This document shows positions 41,374 to 53,400 of a DNA stretch of 64,000 bases, in pieces. The stretch comes from Phoronis australis (Eukaryota > Animalia > Phoronida). Numbering within the stretch: position 1 is the stretch's first letter; each line of letters begins with the position of its first letter. A program made the position numbers and the translations under genes. The stretch is from contig NMRA01000263.1 of assembly GCA_002633005.1 (NCBI GenBank), positions 357,967 to 421,966 of the forward strand, written 5' to 3'. The notes below the pieces were generated by a model. The model was given only the letters and a program-made list of their open reading frames with translations, was not told the origin of the DNA and made no database searches.

Positions 41374-41570
41374 CATACATACATACATACATACATACGT
41401 ACGTACGTACGTACGTACATACATACATACATGCGTACGTACATAAATACATACATACATACATACATACATACATACGTACATACGTACGTACATACAT
41501 ACATACATACATACATACGTACGTACATAAATACATACACACATACATACACACATACATACATACACAT
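41374..41570. repeat. (TACA/TACG)n microsatellite
   Basis: Directly visible. Confidence 0.97.
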
Positions 41571-42735
41571 GTATCCAGCAAAAATGCTCTTTAGATCATG
41601 GGCTATAGCNNNNNNNNNNNNNNNNNNNNNNNNNNNNNNNNNNNNNNNNNNNNNNNNNNNNNNNNNNNNNNNNNNNNNNNNNNNNNNNNNNNNNNNNNNN
41701 NNNNNNNNNNNNNNNNNNNNNNNNNNNNNNNNNNNNNNNNNNNNNNNNNNNNNNNNNNNNNNNNNNNNNNNNNNNNNNNNNNNNNNNNNNNNNNNNNNNN
41801 NNNNNNNNNNNNNNNNNNNNNNNNNNNNNNNNNNNNNNNNNNNNNNNNNNNNNNNNNNNNNNNNNNNNNNNNNNNNNNNNNNNNNNNNNNNNNNNNNNNN
41901 NNNNNNNNNNNNNNNNNNNNNNNNNNNTGAACGCTCTTGCTGCATTCAGGTTGGTTTAGCTTCAATTGAACTAGACTGCAGCCTATTTCTTAATGATTTA
42001 TGACATCTAAATTCGTCATATGAATGTTGTGATGTTGTTCATCATCGCCACCAACATCATCATATTCGTCATCATCGTCATCATCTTCGTCATCATCTCC
42101 GTCTTTTCCTTAATTTCGCCAAGTGTCGCTCAAGACTAGCCTTTTTCTTACTGATTTCGGACTCCTACGTTCGTCATGTGTATGTTATTAACTTCTTTTG
42201 TTCATCCTCGCCACCATCTTCGTCATATTCGTCATCTTCGTCATCATCTTTATCGTCATCTTTTTGGTTAATTTCGCCAAGGTTCGCTCCTCGGAGCGCT
42301 TTCATTTCATTGTTAAAACGTAGCAGGTGACTTTCATCGGTACCAAGTCCAAAGAACCTAAAGACAATTGCAATGTTCATACTGGGACCATACAGGTACA
42401 ATATTAACAAACAATATGCTTAACTGCGCATGACATTGACGAACGCCCAACTTTCTGATAAGATTCTTAGAATCGCGGTTGTTTCACATCTGAATATCTC
42501 TGAAGGCAGTTGACCAAGAAAGTAATCTTCGGACTTTGCTGGCCAGGTTTTATCAACACGACTGCTTTTGGAAAAGTTATGCAACAATTTTAAGGCATGT
42601 CTCGGCGTTGGGTTTTATCATTTGAAGCAGTTGATGGCCAAGAAATTGTGAAGTCGGGTTAGGCTATAACCTATGGAGTAAAGCTGGTCATTGTGGGTGG
42701 CGCAACACTTAACGTTCTGTTATTGCTACACCAAT

Positions 42736-42948
42736 CATGGGCGGCGCAACACTTAACTGTTAAAGTTATAAATCAACTCTAAGTGGCAACAGGAAAGATA
42801 TTTCGAAAGATTTCTGAACTAAGTAGGGGGCTATAGCCCCCAGCCCCCCATATGATGCACCACCCATGTGACCATAATGGGCGGCGGAGCACTGAGATAA
42901 GTGTGGGCGTTATAGCCCCCTCCAGCCCCCTATGGTGCGCCGCCCATG
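42736..42948. mobile_element. Very short MITE family CATGGGCGGCG...CGCCGCCCATG, further copies at 50721-50890 and 62321-62439
   Basis: Shared TIR and internal GGGGGCTATAGCCCCC palindrome. The 62321 copy is flanked by ACACA/ACACA. Confidence 0.7.
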
Positions 42949-42994
42949 CCACAATATGTTTCATCAAGTTCAAACATTAGTCAACATTAAAAGG

Positions 42995-43043
42995 CAGACA
43001 GAAAGACAGACAGACAGACATACTGAAAGAAAGACAGACAGGC

Positions 43044-43108
<65 letters not shown>
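42995..43108. repeat. (GACA)n microsatellite
   Basis: Directly visible. Confidence 0.97.
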
Positions 43109-43110
<2 letters not shown>

Positions 43111-43359
43111 GCTGGTAAAATTTAATTGAATCAGAAGTTCTTGTGAAGTTCCAAAAAGGATTGTTCTTCGTAAAAAGTTGTCAAGAAAACACTAACATAA
43201 AACACAAGTAAACAGAACCCCCCTTTGGTCGGGTATGTAGATATTTACCGGCGTTTTTAATTTGAACTTATTTCCTTATTTAGAACTGAACACACATGGC
43301 ACTCCCTGTATTCTGCGGTTCTCTTACCGTGCGTTTGTTTACCTGCGCACAGGTTATGA

Positions 43360-43486
43360 CCTACTGACATCACGTCAGATCGACCAATCCCTAGGAGAGG
43401 ACATTTCATCGAAGAGTATTTCTTGGTCCTACGCGCCCAGTATCACTTAGATCAGCTACAACAAAGACGCAAGCATATAGGTAAGC
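43360..43486 (+). promoter_or_regulatory. Putative promoter and non-coding first exon of the 507-aa membrane protein gene
   Basis: Overlapping CRE-like TGACATCACGTCA and CCAAT (about 43365-43388), then a strong donor AG|GTAAGC at 43481. A matching acceptor TTTTATTCTTTCAG ends at 44937, 6 nt before the ATG. Confidence 0.5.
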
Positions 43487-44730
43487 CACACTTATTCTCG
43501 CATATTTTGTTATTTTTGGTAGATAATGAACACCTACCTTTACGTACTCAGTGTGTTATCTGTTAATCCAATTGAGAAATGGTCTGAGATTTATAACTCG
43601 ATGTTCAGTTATCAACCACAACAGACATTGCCAGTAGATAGCAAGAGTTTGTTATTAACATTTAACTTGCAGTAATTTCGACACTTACAAAATATTCTTT
43701 GGCGTTGCCTTAGAACAAGGTCTAGTTTTAAAACCCAACTCCGCGCTACACGATGCGAATAATGTGTACGGACCCATGTCACAATTTGCTGTACAATTGC
43801 ATTTTGTGATTATTGCTAGCTGGAGTGGAATGTGAATGTTGTATTTGTGAAAAATTGGATGTACAGCTTGCACACCGCTGACACAGTAGGAGGGAGGGGG
43901 GGACAACAGGGCCATAACACCTGTTCATTGCAAAAAAGCCCTCCCGACCGTCGAAAAACATTTCAATTTTGCTTCACCGTCAGTGTTCAATGCAAAATGA
44001 CCTAAGATTGCCACACATTTCAATCAGTCCCAGCCGACGCCAACAATTTTGCGTTTGGCCCCTCATGTTGAGTACGTCTGGCAACACCAGTGTCAAATTG
44101 GATAGGGCGTGAGGTGCAATTCAGAGGCTAACATCGTATGTTTTTGTCGGAAGTTGCATTGAACATGTACAGTCAAGTTATAGTAAATAAACCGTTTCCC
44201 CTTTCCCTTCATATTTAATCAAAAGCGATTTTTGGGCGTATATAGGAGATATTTCTAAATTATTCCTGGTGGTGGAAAAAAAACAGACTACATATATGGT
44301 TGAATTTTATAATTAAAGTCGAATGTTTCAATTGTGTTTTAAAAGTGCAAAGAAAATATTAAAGCGTTTTAGTTCCCCATCGGTGCAGTTCACCTTTTTA
44401 TTGTGCTACACTGTTCGTGGTCTGCATCCAACACGATATGGGATTTCTTTGTACTCAAATAGTTGTTATTTTCCAAAATGAAGAGAATACGAAGTGTGGA
44501 CGTACGGATGATGATATGGAAATGACTGGTTGGCAAACAAATAACTGAAGCCATAAACTTATGTCATCGAAACGTTTATGGTTAAACGATAAGCATGTTG
44601 AGTGTGGAATAAATGGGGGTCACGACATTTTTATTGTAGTGGGATACATTCTTAATTCATAAATTCCTCCAAGTCAAAACACATTTCTAATATGGGACAA
44701 GCTTTCCACATTCTTTCGATGTTCACGCAC

Positions 44731-44731
<1 letters not shown>

Positions 44732-44761
<30 letters not shown>

Positions 44762-44762
44762 G
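44732..44762. repeat. (GTT)n microsatellite
   Basis: Directly visible. Confidence 0.95.
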
Positions 44763-44943
44763 AATGTTTATAAACATTAAATGTTAACGCAGGATGTTCG
44801 AGAAAAAACGACATTGGAAGAGAAGTTGTGATTCGAGATCCAAAACATAGTCAAGCAAAAAGTCTTTTGAGTGAGCTCAGTGTTGCAGTTGTTTTGCAAA
44901 AATTATTAACATTCTTGGTTAAATTTTATTCTTTCAGATTAAA

Positions 44944-46467
44944 ATGAAAACTCATCTGTGTCCGATTTCGCTGGCAATTTTATTGTCACTTGCTAGTTGT
45001 CAACCTGGCCCTCAGGGGCAGAGTAGCGGCAGAACCTCGACTACGACGCCAGAAACGTTGTCAATTGACAACAGGGCAATTACGAAAAACAGTAATGTCA
45101 CAACGGAGCCAAAAGCAGATACAAATCAGTCCACGAAGGGCACTCAAACGAGTGCTGTTACGACACCATTACCAATCTCCAACGTGAATTCAACCATCTA
45201 CTATAACGAGACAAATAACACGCTGCAGATACATGTCAAATTACCGAACAATGGTACTCGTGTTAATTTATTTATCAGGAACTGGGAAGACCGCTCAAAT
45301 ATAAAATTTCTCACCGTCAACGGGTTCGCTGTTGATGTGACTGACTATATAAAAGATGACTCAAGCAACGGGACAGGTGTGGCCGATACATCAACGATGC
45401 CATCGTCTCCTCCTGCCAGCCAGACAACAGGTGACCAAAATTTTACTGTCACCAGGGCAGCCATTACAGTTGTTGTTACATTTTTAGTGACAGCATTCTT
45501 GTTCTCTGTAACGCTGTTCGTGCTGTATCGCTGCAAGTACTGTGTCTGTCGAAGAGGTAGAACAAACCAGCCATTAACTGAAAAGTTGCCGAAAAAGGAA
45601 GACAACTTTCAAATAACACTGTACGATGTTGCTGAAAACGAGAAAAGTTCGGTAAAGGTCGGTTTTGAAAATCTGGCGTTTTCGGAATCCACGCCTTCAA
45701 AGCTGAAACATAAATCAGGACAAGTATATGAACTGGGAAACAATAGTCCTTCACGAACGCCTATCGGTGAATCGAACGGTGATGAGGAGACGTATTTCTA
45801 TGCTGGTTACGCTACCACATCCCGGTCGAAAGGCGACGACTCAAAAAATGAACTCTATTCTTATGATGGGTTGTGCGCAGCGACACCAATTGAGAAATCT
45901 GACCCAAGTCAGGGGGATTACACCTTGTATGACGATACCCATCGCAAGGGTGTAAATACTGGAGACAGCCAAAAAGTTGAGAACATTACGGATAGTGATG
46001 TGTACGCATTGTATGACGATAGTCACAGGACTTTAAACAGTGAGGCGCTCCCTGGCGGGCAGTCCGACGATGGAGTTTATGCACTATACGACGATTCCTA
46101 TCGCTCCGAGACGGTGGTGCCTGGAATGTACCCAGTCGCAGAAAACAACGCTGACTTTGCAATTTATGCCAACACCCATCAACTATCTAAACAGAATGAG
46201 AACTGTTCTAACGACTACGCGCTCTATGACGATTCTCACCGGCAAGGAGAGACATGTGAAATTAGTCATAGGAATTCCGCAGCTTACGAAAAGTCACAGT
46301 CGAGTTGTGTAGCCGACCGAGAATCAAATATCTACGGTTCTCACAGAGACCTCGTTAGAAGTGCAAGCAATAAAACATCACAATTGGAGAACACGCAATT
46401 GGAAATAGAAGAAAACGTGAATGTAGAAGACGAAGGAGAACTGTATATCAATTTGTATTCAAATTAA
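44944..46467 (+). CDS. Uncharacterised type I membrane protein, 507 aa, with mucin-like ectodomain and tyrosine-motif-rich cytoplasmic tail
   Basis: Single 1524-nt ORF. Signal peptide MKTHLCPISLAILLSLASC; Ser/Thr-rich ectodomain with 8 N-x-S/T sequons; TM about residues 172-194 (AAITVVVTFLVTAFLFSVTLFVL); YRCKYCVCRRGR stop-transfer; repeated YxLYDD(S/T)(H/Y)R. AATAAA at 47081. Confidence 0.9.
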   Translation: MKTHLCPISLAILLSLASCQPGPQGQSSGRTSTTTPETLSIDNRAITKNSNVTTEPKADTNQSTKGTQTSAVTTPLPISNVNSTIYYNETNNTLQIHVKLPNNGTRVNLFIRNWEDRSNIKFLTVNGFAVDVTDYIKDDSSNGTGVADTSTMPSSPPASQTTGDQNFTVTRAAITVVVTFLVTAFLFSVTLFVLYRCKYCVCRRGRTNQPLTEKLPKKEDNFQITLYDVAENEKSSVKVGFENLAFSESTPSKLKHKSGQVYELGNNSPSRTPIGESNGDEETYFYAGYATTSRSKGDDSKNELYSYDGLCAATPIEKSDPSQGDYTLYDDTHRKGVNTGDSQKVENITDSDVYALYDDSHRTLNSEALPGGQSDDGVYALYDDSYRSETVVPGMYPVAENNADFAIYANTHQLSKQNENCSNDYALYDDSHRQGETCEISHRNSAAYEKSQSSCVADRESNIYGSHRDLVRSASNKTSQLENTQLEIEENVNVEDEGELYINLYSN

Positions 46468-47930
46468 TATCCGTGTCAGTTGTTTTCAGGCGTTTGTACG
46501 TAAATGTTTAACTTATTACTTGGTGATATACAATTTCTCGCAGCAATCTACTGTTCGTGTGTTTTCCAAGATTCCCTGATGACTGTTCATCTGATTAGTC
46601 TGCATGAAATTTTTTTAAGTCCTTGGGTCATAGCTCTTACTACTCTTTTCTGATCATGTCTGGGGAGCAACCTCTCCTAACTTAAGTGTCGAGTCGTAGT
46701 TTCAAGCACTTGATGTTCGAAAAGTCCCCGCATTTTAAGGTTCACATGCATAAAAAAACAGATTTTTATGCCCTACATTACTTATCAAGAGGTGGCGGTG
46801 CATGTTGCCTCCTTAGCCAATTACAAGCTCAGAATTTGAGAAGATCCAGAGGGTCATATTTATTAACATTCCGAACGATAAAAAAGGAAACTTGTATTCT
46901 GGGAAAACGTTGGTATCTATTCTAAACTATACAAGCAACTTGAGTGTGTTACATGCAGCTGTTTTCGCAACAGTGATTTTTTAACTTACATAGTAATTTT
47001 TCTGGTGTTCAATCATTGGTCGTTGACTTTATGACGTATGTCCCAATTTTATATTCTGGTTACTCTTGATATTCTACAGTAATAAAAATATGCACTCTGT
47101 GTATTGTCAATGATATATTATTAATCTATTCCACGCATTGTAACATTTTTGTCACCTTTTGGAGTATTCTCCGTTTAGGAGCATTTCTAGATCCTTATTC
47201 AACATGCATGTTGACCTTTAAGTTTTCAAAAGCTTGCTGTTCCTACAACTAGTCAACAAGTTCTGAAAACTATGAAATTGATAAAAAATCATTAATATAG
47301 CGAAAAAACAATAACTTCAGCTTTGAGAACGAAGTAACCGTTTGTGCTTCATTCAGAAATATTTTTTGTCCCCTTTTTTGGGTCCATAGTTGCGATATCA
47401 AAAGCATCAAAACAAAATTGCCACGTAAAGTGGTCACAGAAGTGATAAGCCTCCAGTGCCATGCTGCTCTCACGGCCTTGGATAGACCTCGAGTTCTTCA
47501 GGTCGGTTTTAACTATATATTAAAAAAGCATAAAGATGGTTCCATGTAATCAGTTCAACGAAACTATCTGAGCAGCCTGCGCACGTGTGGTACAAGGTGT
47601 ACCAGATGACCACCAATTGTATTTTTATTTTGTGTTTGAATTACCGTTCTCGAGTTAAACGAGAATTAATCATGACTAAGGTCCGACACTGGCGCGTTTC
47701 TCAGCCCAGTGCGTTTGTTTGCACACCTGCTGCAGATCCCAGTTTCGTCCACCTCGACAAGAATCATACACATGTATCTAACTGAAAGATCGAGCCTAAT
47801 TATTTTTCGGGAAAAATCTGGCCAAAGGTGGCACTGTGACGAACATTTCTTTGGATTTTTCGCTCCGCAGGATTCTTCTGTAATTTGATATGTAGATAGG
47901 TCTCGTTAACGGCTATCTAGGTTGTAACAT

Positions 47931-48481
47931 ATATGAAGCGCCAATGGGTTCTTTTAAGAACGGTACTCGTTTAAAAACGAATATGCTTAATCAACGCGTA
48001 GATTTGCTTAAAAAGCTCTAAATTAGTTATTCAACGCGCTGAATTAGTTCTTAAACGATCATCGTTCTGCGCACTTTTGCTTAATGAACGCCCACTATTG
48101 CTTATTCAACGCGTACATATTAGTCAGTTGTATATAATCCATTCACGCCCGTGCAATCTAATCTTAAAATGGCGGAAGACTTTATGCATGGGTGCAAAGG
48201 AATTTTTTAAGAATGTTACAGATTCTCATCAAGTGACTACGTAAATGATGGCGCCGCTGATTTTGTTAGGAACATGTATGTTTCAAACTACGATATTCAT
48301 AAAAATTCAATTAATTGTGATTTTTGCTCAGGGATGCCCATAGTTTACGTACTCAATGTAAACTTGTCTTTGATTGGACATAACGAAAAACTAATTCATT
48401 GCGTTGAATAAAGTGCGCATTGAATAAGCACATTTCAACGCGCCAAAATGTAAAGTTTTAAGAACCCTTTGTTGCTTCATA
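47931..48481. mobile_element. About 550-bp non-autonomous TIR element
   Basis: TATGAAGCGCCAATGGGTTCTT ... AAGAACCCTTTGTTGCTTCATA imperfect TIRs, with internal TTCAACGCG repeats. Confidence 0.6.
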
Positions 48482-50091
48482 TTATGATTTCATCCGTTTC
48501 CCTCTTCGACCTAAGTTTCGACAAATACAGATGACTATATCCGATACCGGAACGTCTCAGGCTCCAGCGCAATCCCAGAATAACCTGGATACTATACCCG
48601 TCCTTTTATTCGCACTACCGGTCGATACGAAATTTACGCAGGCTCTAATTAAGTCGTTGCCAGTTCTCAGTCGCGTTTTAGGTAGTACTAGCATACACCG
48701 GGAGAGCTGTGGTTTGCAGCGAAGAAAAGTCGCTTTCGACATTGGTGTGTTTGGGTTCGCCGTCACGTCATTGGCGTTTTGATTAAGTTATCGAGAAGGA
48801 TGGCTTCGGTGACGTCGGCTGTGTATCTGTGGTCTGTCTCTTCGGCTCGTCAGTGATGTTTTAGTCGTTTGCTCGTTTGCGGCGGCGTCGCTGTGGATAT
48901 CGTCATTAACAGTGTTGGCGTTGCTGTTGAAATCAAAAGTGTCTTCAGTATTGTTAATATATTCGTAGGTGGCGTCATTATCACTGGCAGCAGTTTCGCT
49001 CTAATTGGCAATGTAGTGTCGTTATTGTTAACGCGTCGGATTCAGTTTTATTGAGTTGCTGGCGGCATTGTCGGAACGTCAGCATCATCAGCGATATCTT
49101 ACGGGTCGTCATTATAGTGCCACGGTCGTTGCGGTCGCGATCGTCGGTGTTCTTGACGTCATTCGGTTTAAATAAGTGTCGCTTCTCAGAGCGCTTTCAT
49201 TTTTTAATGTCACCGACTTAAGCTAGTCGTACAGAATCCAAGACAAGTTATACTTTAACTTATGAAAAAATCTGTTCTAACCCACGGGGGTATAGTCCCA
49301 TACAAGATGGGCTGTGCCTCTCAAAATCTGTTGTAACCCACGAGGTATAGTTTCATACAAGGGATATATGGGGTGCCTCTCAAAAACGTGTTCTTGATCA
49401 CGATCGTTTCCTTACGCAATATGATTCATGGGAGTTCGAAACTCGACAAAAGAATGACTTCAACGGCACAAATGTCATGATGAGAGGTAAAAACTATGGT
49501 AATATTTACGTTCATGTAGCGTAGAGATGGTTTTCTTTCGTAGTACTTGGACAGGTTATACGTGTTTTTGGCTGAGCCTTGGAAATGAAAGACAACTTTC
49601 ACTGAAAGCCGACTGTTCGTCAATCAGGGATAATACGCGGACTTAGGGTTGGGGGCCAAAAAAAAAAACGCTGTCGGCATGCCTTTTTAGTTGCTATGCA
49701 TGCAACTTTCAAGCTTTCAAACAAAAAGTTTAGTCGTGTTTTCAACGTAGTTTGTGTTAACGAAGGTCTGCTACCGAACTACACTGAATATATTACTGAT
49801 GAGGATTATGGTGATTATGATGGTGACATCACTACAATAACGGCGGCGGGGACTGGGTGCCATCGTATGGTAGACACTGATAACAATACAAGTTTGTGAT
49901 TTTATCTATTGAACTGGTCACTGGTCACTTTTTGAATATCTTTAGTTATAAAAAGACCCAGCCGTGCATTTCAAATACAATGTCTACCTATGTATAGGTC
50001 TAATTGTTGTTCAGTGAGTGTGAGTGCAGCAATTCTCTATTTCAGTTGTACCGGAGAGACAGGGCGCAAGACGTCCCCTTGCCGACCTAAG

Positions 50092-50161
50092 ATGTCTTCT
50101 GTTGTTCTTTTCGTCATCTTAACAGTAGGACTGACCGCTGCGTTCACCGACGGACAACCAG
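50092..50161 (+). CDS. Signal-peptide exon (MSSVVLFVILTVGLTAAFTDGQP-G), paralogue of 54355-54445; no private second exon found
   Basis: ATG in AAGATGT context, hydrophobic core, phase-1 donor CAG|GTAAGT, TATAAAA at about 49947. Confidence 0.55.
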
Positions 50162-50178
50162 GTAAGTTTAAGGCACAT

Positions 50179-50417
50179 AGAGGAGGCAGTGTGGCCTTGT
50201 TGATAAGTGCCCGCTTTCTTTACTCGAGGTCGTGGGTTCGAGTCCCACCAGGTCACACTGCTAAACCCTTGAGCCAGGTTTCTAGCTCCTCGGTTTTAAC
50301 CATATATTAATAAAGCATAAAAATATTTCCAGGTGATCAGTGCAATGGGCCCACATGCAAGGCCTGCGCACGTCTGGTACAACGTATATCACACCGCCTG
50401 CAACTATTTCAAAAAAA
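50179..50417 (+). mobile_element. Complete tRNA-derived SINE, about 240 bp
   Basis: A-box-like TGGCCTTGTTG, B box GGTTCGAGTCC and a short oligo-A tail. 15-bp target duplication AAGTTTAAGGCACAT at 50164-50178 and 50418-50432. Absent from the paralogous site near 54448-54470. Confidence 0.9.
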
Positions 50418-53400
50418 AAGTTTAAGGCACATTTTAGCTTCGTGAACATGTTAAAGATCAGTTTATTTTGATTTGTTTTTAAAAGACGTAACAATCAACC
50501 GAATGATTGAAATACGAACACCAGAGGCCCTTTTTTAGAGAATAAAATTGTCAGTTTGTTTGGGCTGGCCGGAAACAAAATTCGGAATTCTGTTTTTAAG
50601 CAGATAACTTTTACTGCTTGATCGTGTGTTTTTGGAACGTTTTACTTCGTCCATTGAATGAGGCTGGTAGGCGTTATACTGAATATTAGGAAACATACTT
50701 CGTCCATCAGGCTGGTCGACCATGGGCGGCGTAGCACTGAAAAGTGGGCGGGGGGGGGGGGCTGAAGCTCCCTCAGCCCCCTTTGATGCACCGCCTATAG
50801 ACCACGTGCGGCGTAGCCCTGAAAAAAGTGGGAGGGGGGCTATAGCCCNATAGCCCCCCCCCCCCAGCCCCCTATGGTGCGCCGCCCATGACTATCGTAA
50901 ACAAAAGTCATCGACAGTAGAAAGATGCATTCCGAAAAGGCGCAATCACTATTTCTAGGCTTCACATTTCCTGAACATAAATTTTAAGCACGGATTTGTC
51001 TGTGCAACAGACCACACCACACTTCAGTCCATCAGTCATGCCAGTTTGTTTGCGTAAAGCGCTGCCTGTTGAGAATTCGACTAGCCAATCAGAAACGCCG
51101 GTGTAAAAAAATTTCCCTTAGGCTAGAAAAATTAAGTGATACCTGCCCGGCTACTGCCCCACCTAGCGGCGCGCAGGGAACCAGCGAGCTTTATAGGATG
51201 TAGGGACATCTATCGGTCGTCTCGTCTACTTGTTGAGCACTACAACGACGCCGATATCTGGCAAGGTGCACTGATCGATATCTTTATTCATGCAGGAGGC
51301 ACCTTGTTTTTTAATGTGATGAGCCTCCCGAATCCGGGGGGGGGGGGGGGTGATGATCGACTTTCTGAATGCAACTGTAACACGAACCTAATTAACTTGG
51401 GTTTTGTTGTCCGACAATAAAACATTCTCAAAAAGCTTGTTATCTTGCTTAACTAGCTTGCACTGAATTACCCTAGGAAATTTCAAATAGGGAGAGGCGA
51501 AGTAACCAAATGCCGAAAGTTTTATGTCTAATAACAGGAAAGATTGGTGCCAAGTAATGAGCAGTCTGTCACTTACCGACATAATTACGAGGCAAATAGG
51601 TAACATGATTTATTCCAAACTGCACGTAAACTAAATGCATCAACGCGTACATAAGAATTGTACGAGAAATTGCCAATGAACGCGGTCCTCCTGTCGTCAT
51701 CAATGCCTGAAACTAGCAAGTGATCACACTAGCCTCCGAAACGAGATGTAATTCTCGATTTTGAGAGTGACATGACTTGAAGTTCGCATATGCGCAGACA
51801 TGAAGCGCCTCCGAGGGATCATTTGAGGCTACAAAATACCCTAATGAAGTTAAACCTGAGTGGCGGTATTCGGTCAATTGGAGAACAGGAAATAAGTTCA
51901 GATGGAAATCGACTAATCCAATTAAAATTCTTAAAGTTAGAGCAGCGATTAACCAGCCTTCAATAAAAAAAACTTTGATTTACACCATTTGCCGCGTGAA
52001 ACTTTAGTCCTAAATTGTCAATCGGTCAAATTGGAGATGATTCCAGGGCTACGAAAGAATTGGCATTTTGTTATTACCGGAAAAGAGGCCCTTTGAGTTG
52101 GTTTGTCACATTGTGTCATTTCGTTATTGCCGGATACGAGGCTCTTTAAATTGGTTTGTCACATTGTGTCATTTTATACGCGGAGCATTATCTCAAGGAA
52201 TAACGAACGGTCAGTCTTTGTAAACATTCCTTCTCATGCATCACAGTAAGTATTCAGAAAGTTGGGAACAACTTCACAGCTGTCAAAGTCAAGTTTCTTT
52301 TTGTTTGACACAATACGGGTTAACAGCAGCAGTAAGCCCGTTTGGTTCACTGGCGTGAGAAAATCACAAATAAGTTTTTCACTGATGAAAAGTTTCGTAA
52401 TTGTTGGAACCAAGCTTCTCTGATACGATTACTGCCTTCCAAATATCCTATCATTTTCAGGTACGGTTTGCAAAAAAAAAAATCTCGCATAATTAGCCTA
52501 AGCAGAGGTGTATGCAGTTATGGAAAGAGGAACATTCCACGCGACACTGACCTGAACAAGGGGGCGCCAGCGAGCGACGGGGGTAAAAAATTGTGAACGC
52601 CACTCATTGTCAGGACGTTACCGTTATCTTCCGCCACCGGCGACAACATTTTGGCGGCGCTACTGGGTACTCCGGCCCGACAATCAAAGAAAGCTAACTA
52701 AAAGCGAAAATCGAATTAATTAGGACTTATAGTCTCACAGAGTCGATTTCATTACAATTCTTATCGGGATAACAGGCTATGTCCATTACCAGTACGAACA
52801 TCAAAACAAAAAGCGACTGTAGGAAAGGCTTTAGAGTTTATTGTGTTTGGCCAACCTTAAAACTATTAGGGGGTTTCTTCGGCTCGTCAATGATATTTCA
52901 GTGGTTTGCGCGTCTGCGCAGGGGTTGCTGTGGATATCGTCATTGACAGTGTCGGCGCTGGTGTCGATATCAAAAGTGGCGTCAGTATTGTTAACATGTT
53001 TGTTGTAGACGGCGTCATTGTCATAGGCAGTAATGTCGCTCTAATTGGCAAGGTTGTGTAGCTATTGTTAACGTCGCGTCAGGTTCAGTGTCGTTAAGTT
53101 GCTGACGGCATATTCGATACGCTACGTGTAATTGCTGCCAACGTTATCAGCGATGTCTTGGTCGTCGTTATTATCATGGCCGTCGTGGTCGTTGTCGTCG
53201 GTGTTCTTGCATTCGCCGTCTACTCCATTTCTAAGTTTTTCATTCGATTTCGCCAAATGTCTCTCATAAGAGGGCTTTAATTTTCAATGTCCCCAACTTT
53301 TACATACAACCCTAGCCCTAGAATGCCAAACCCCGCATGTGACCAATGTATTCTACGCCTGCAGTTTTCCTAGTAAATCGTTGTGTTCCCCTTTTGACAT

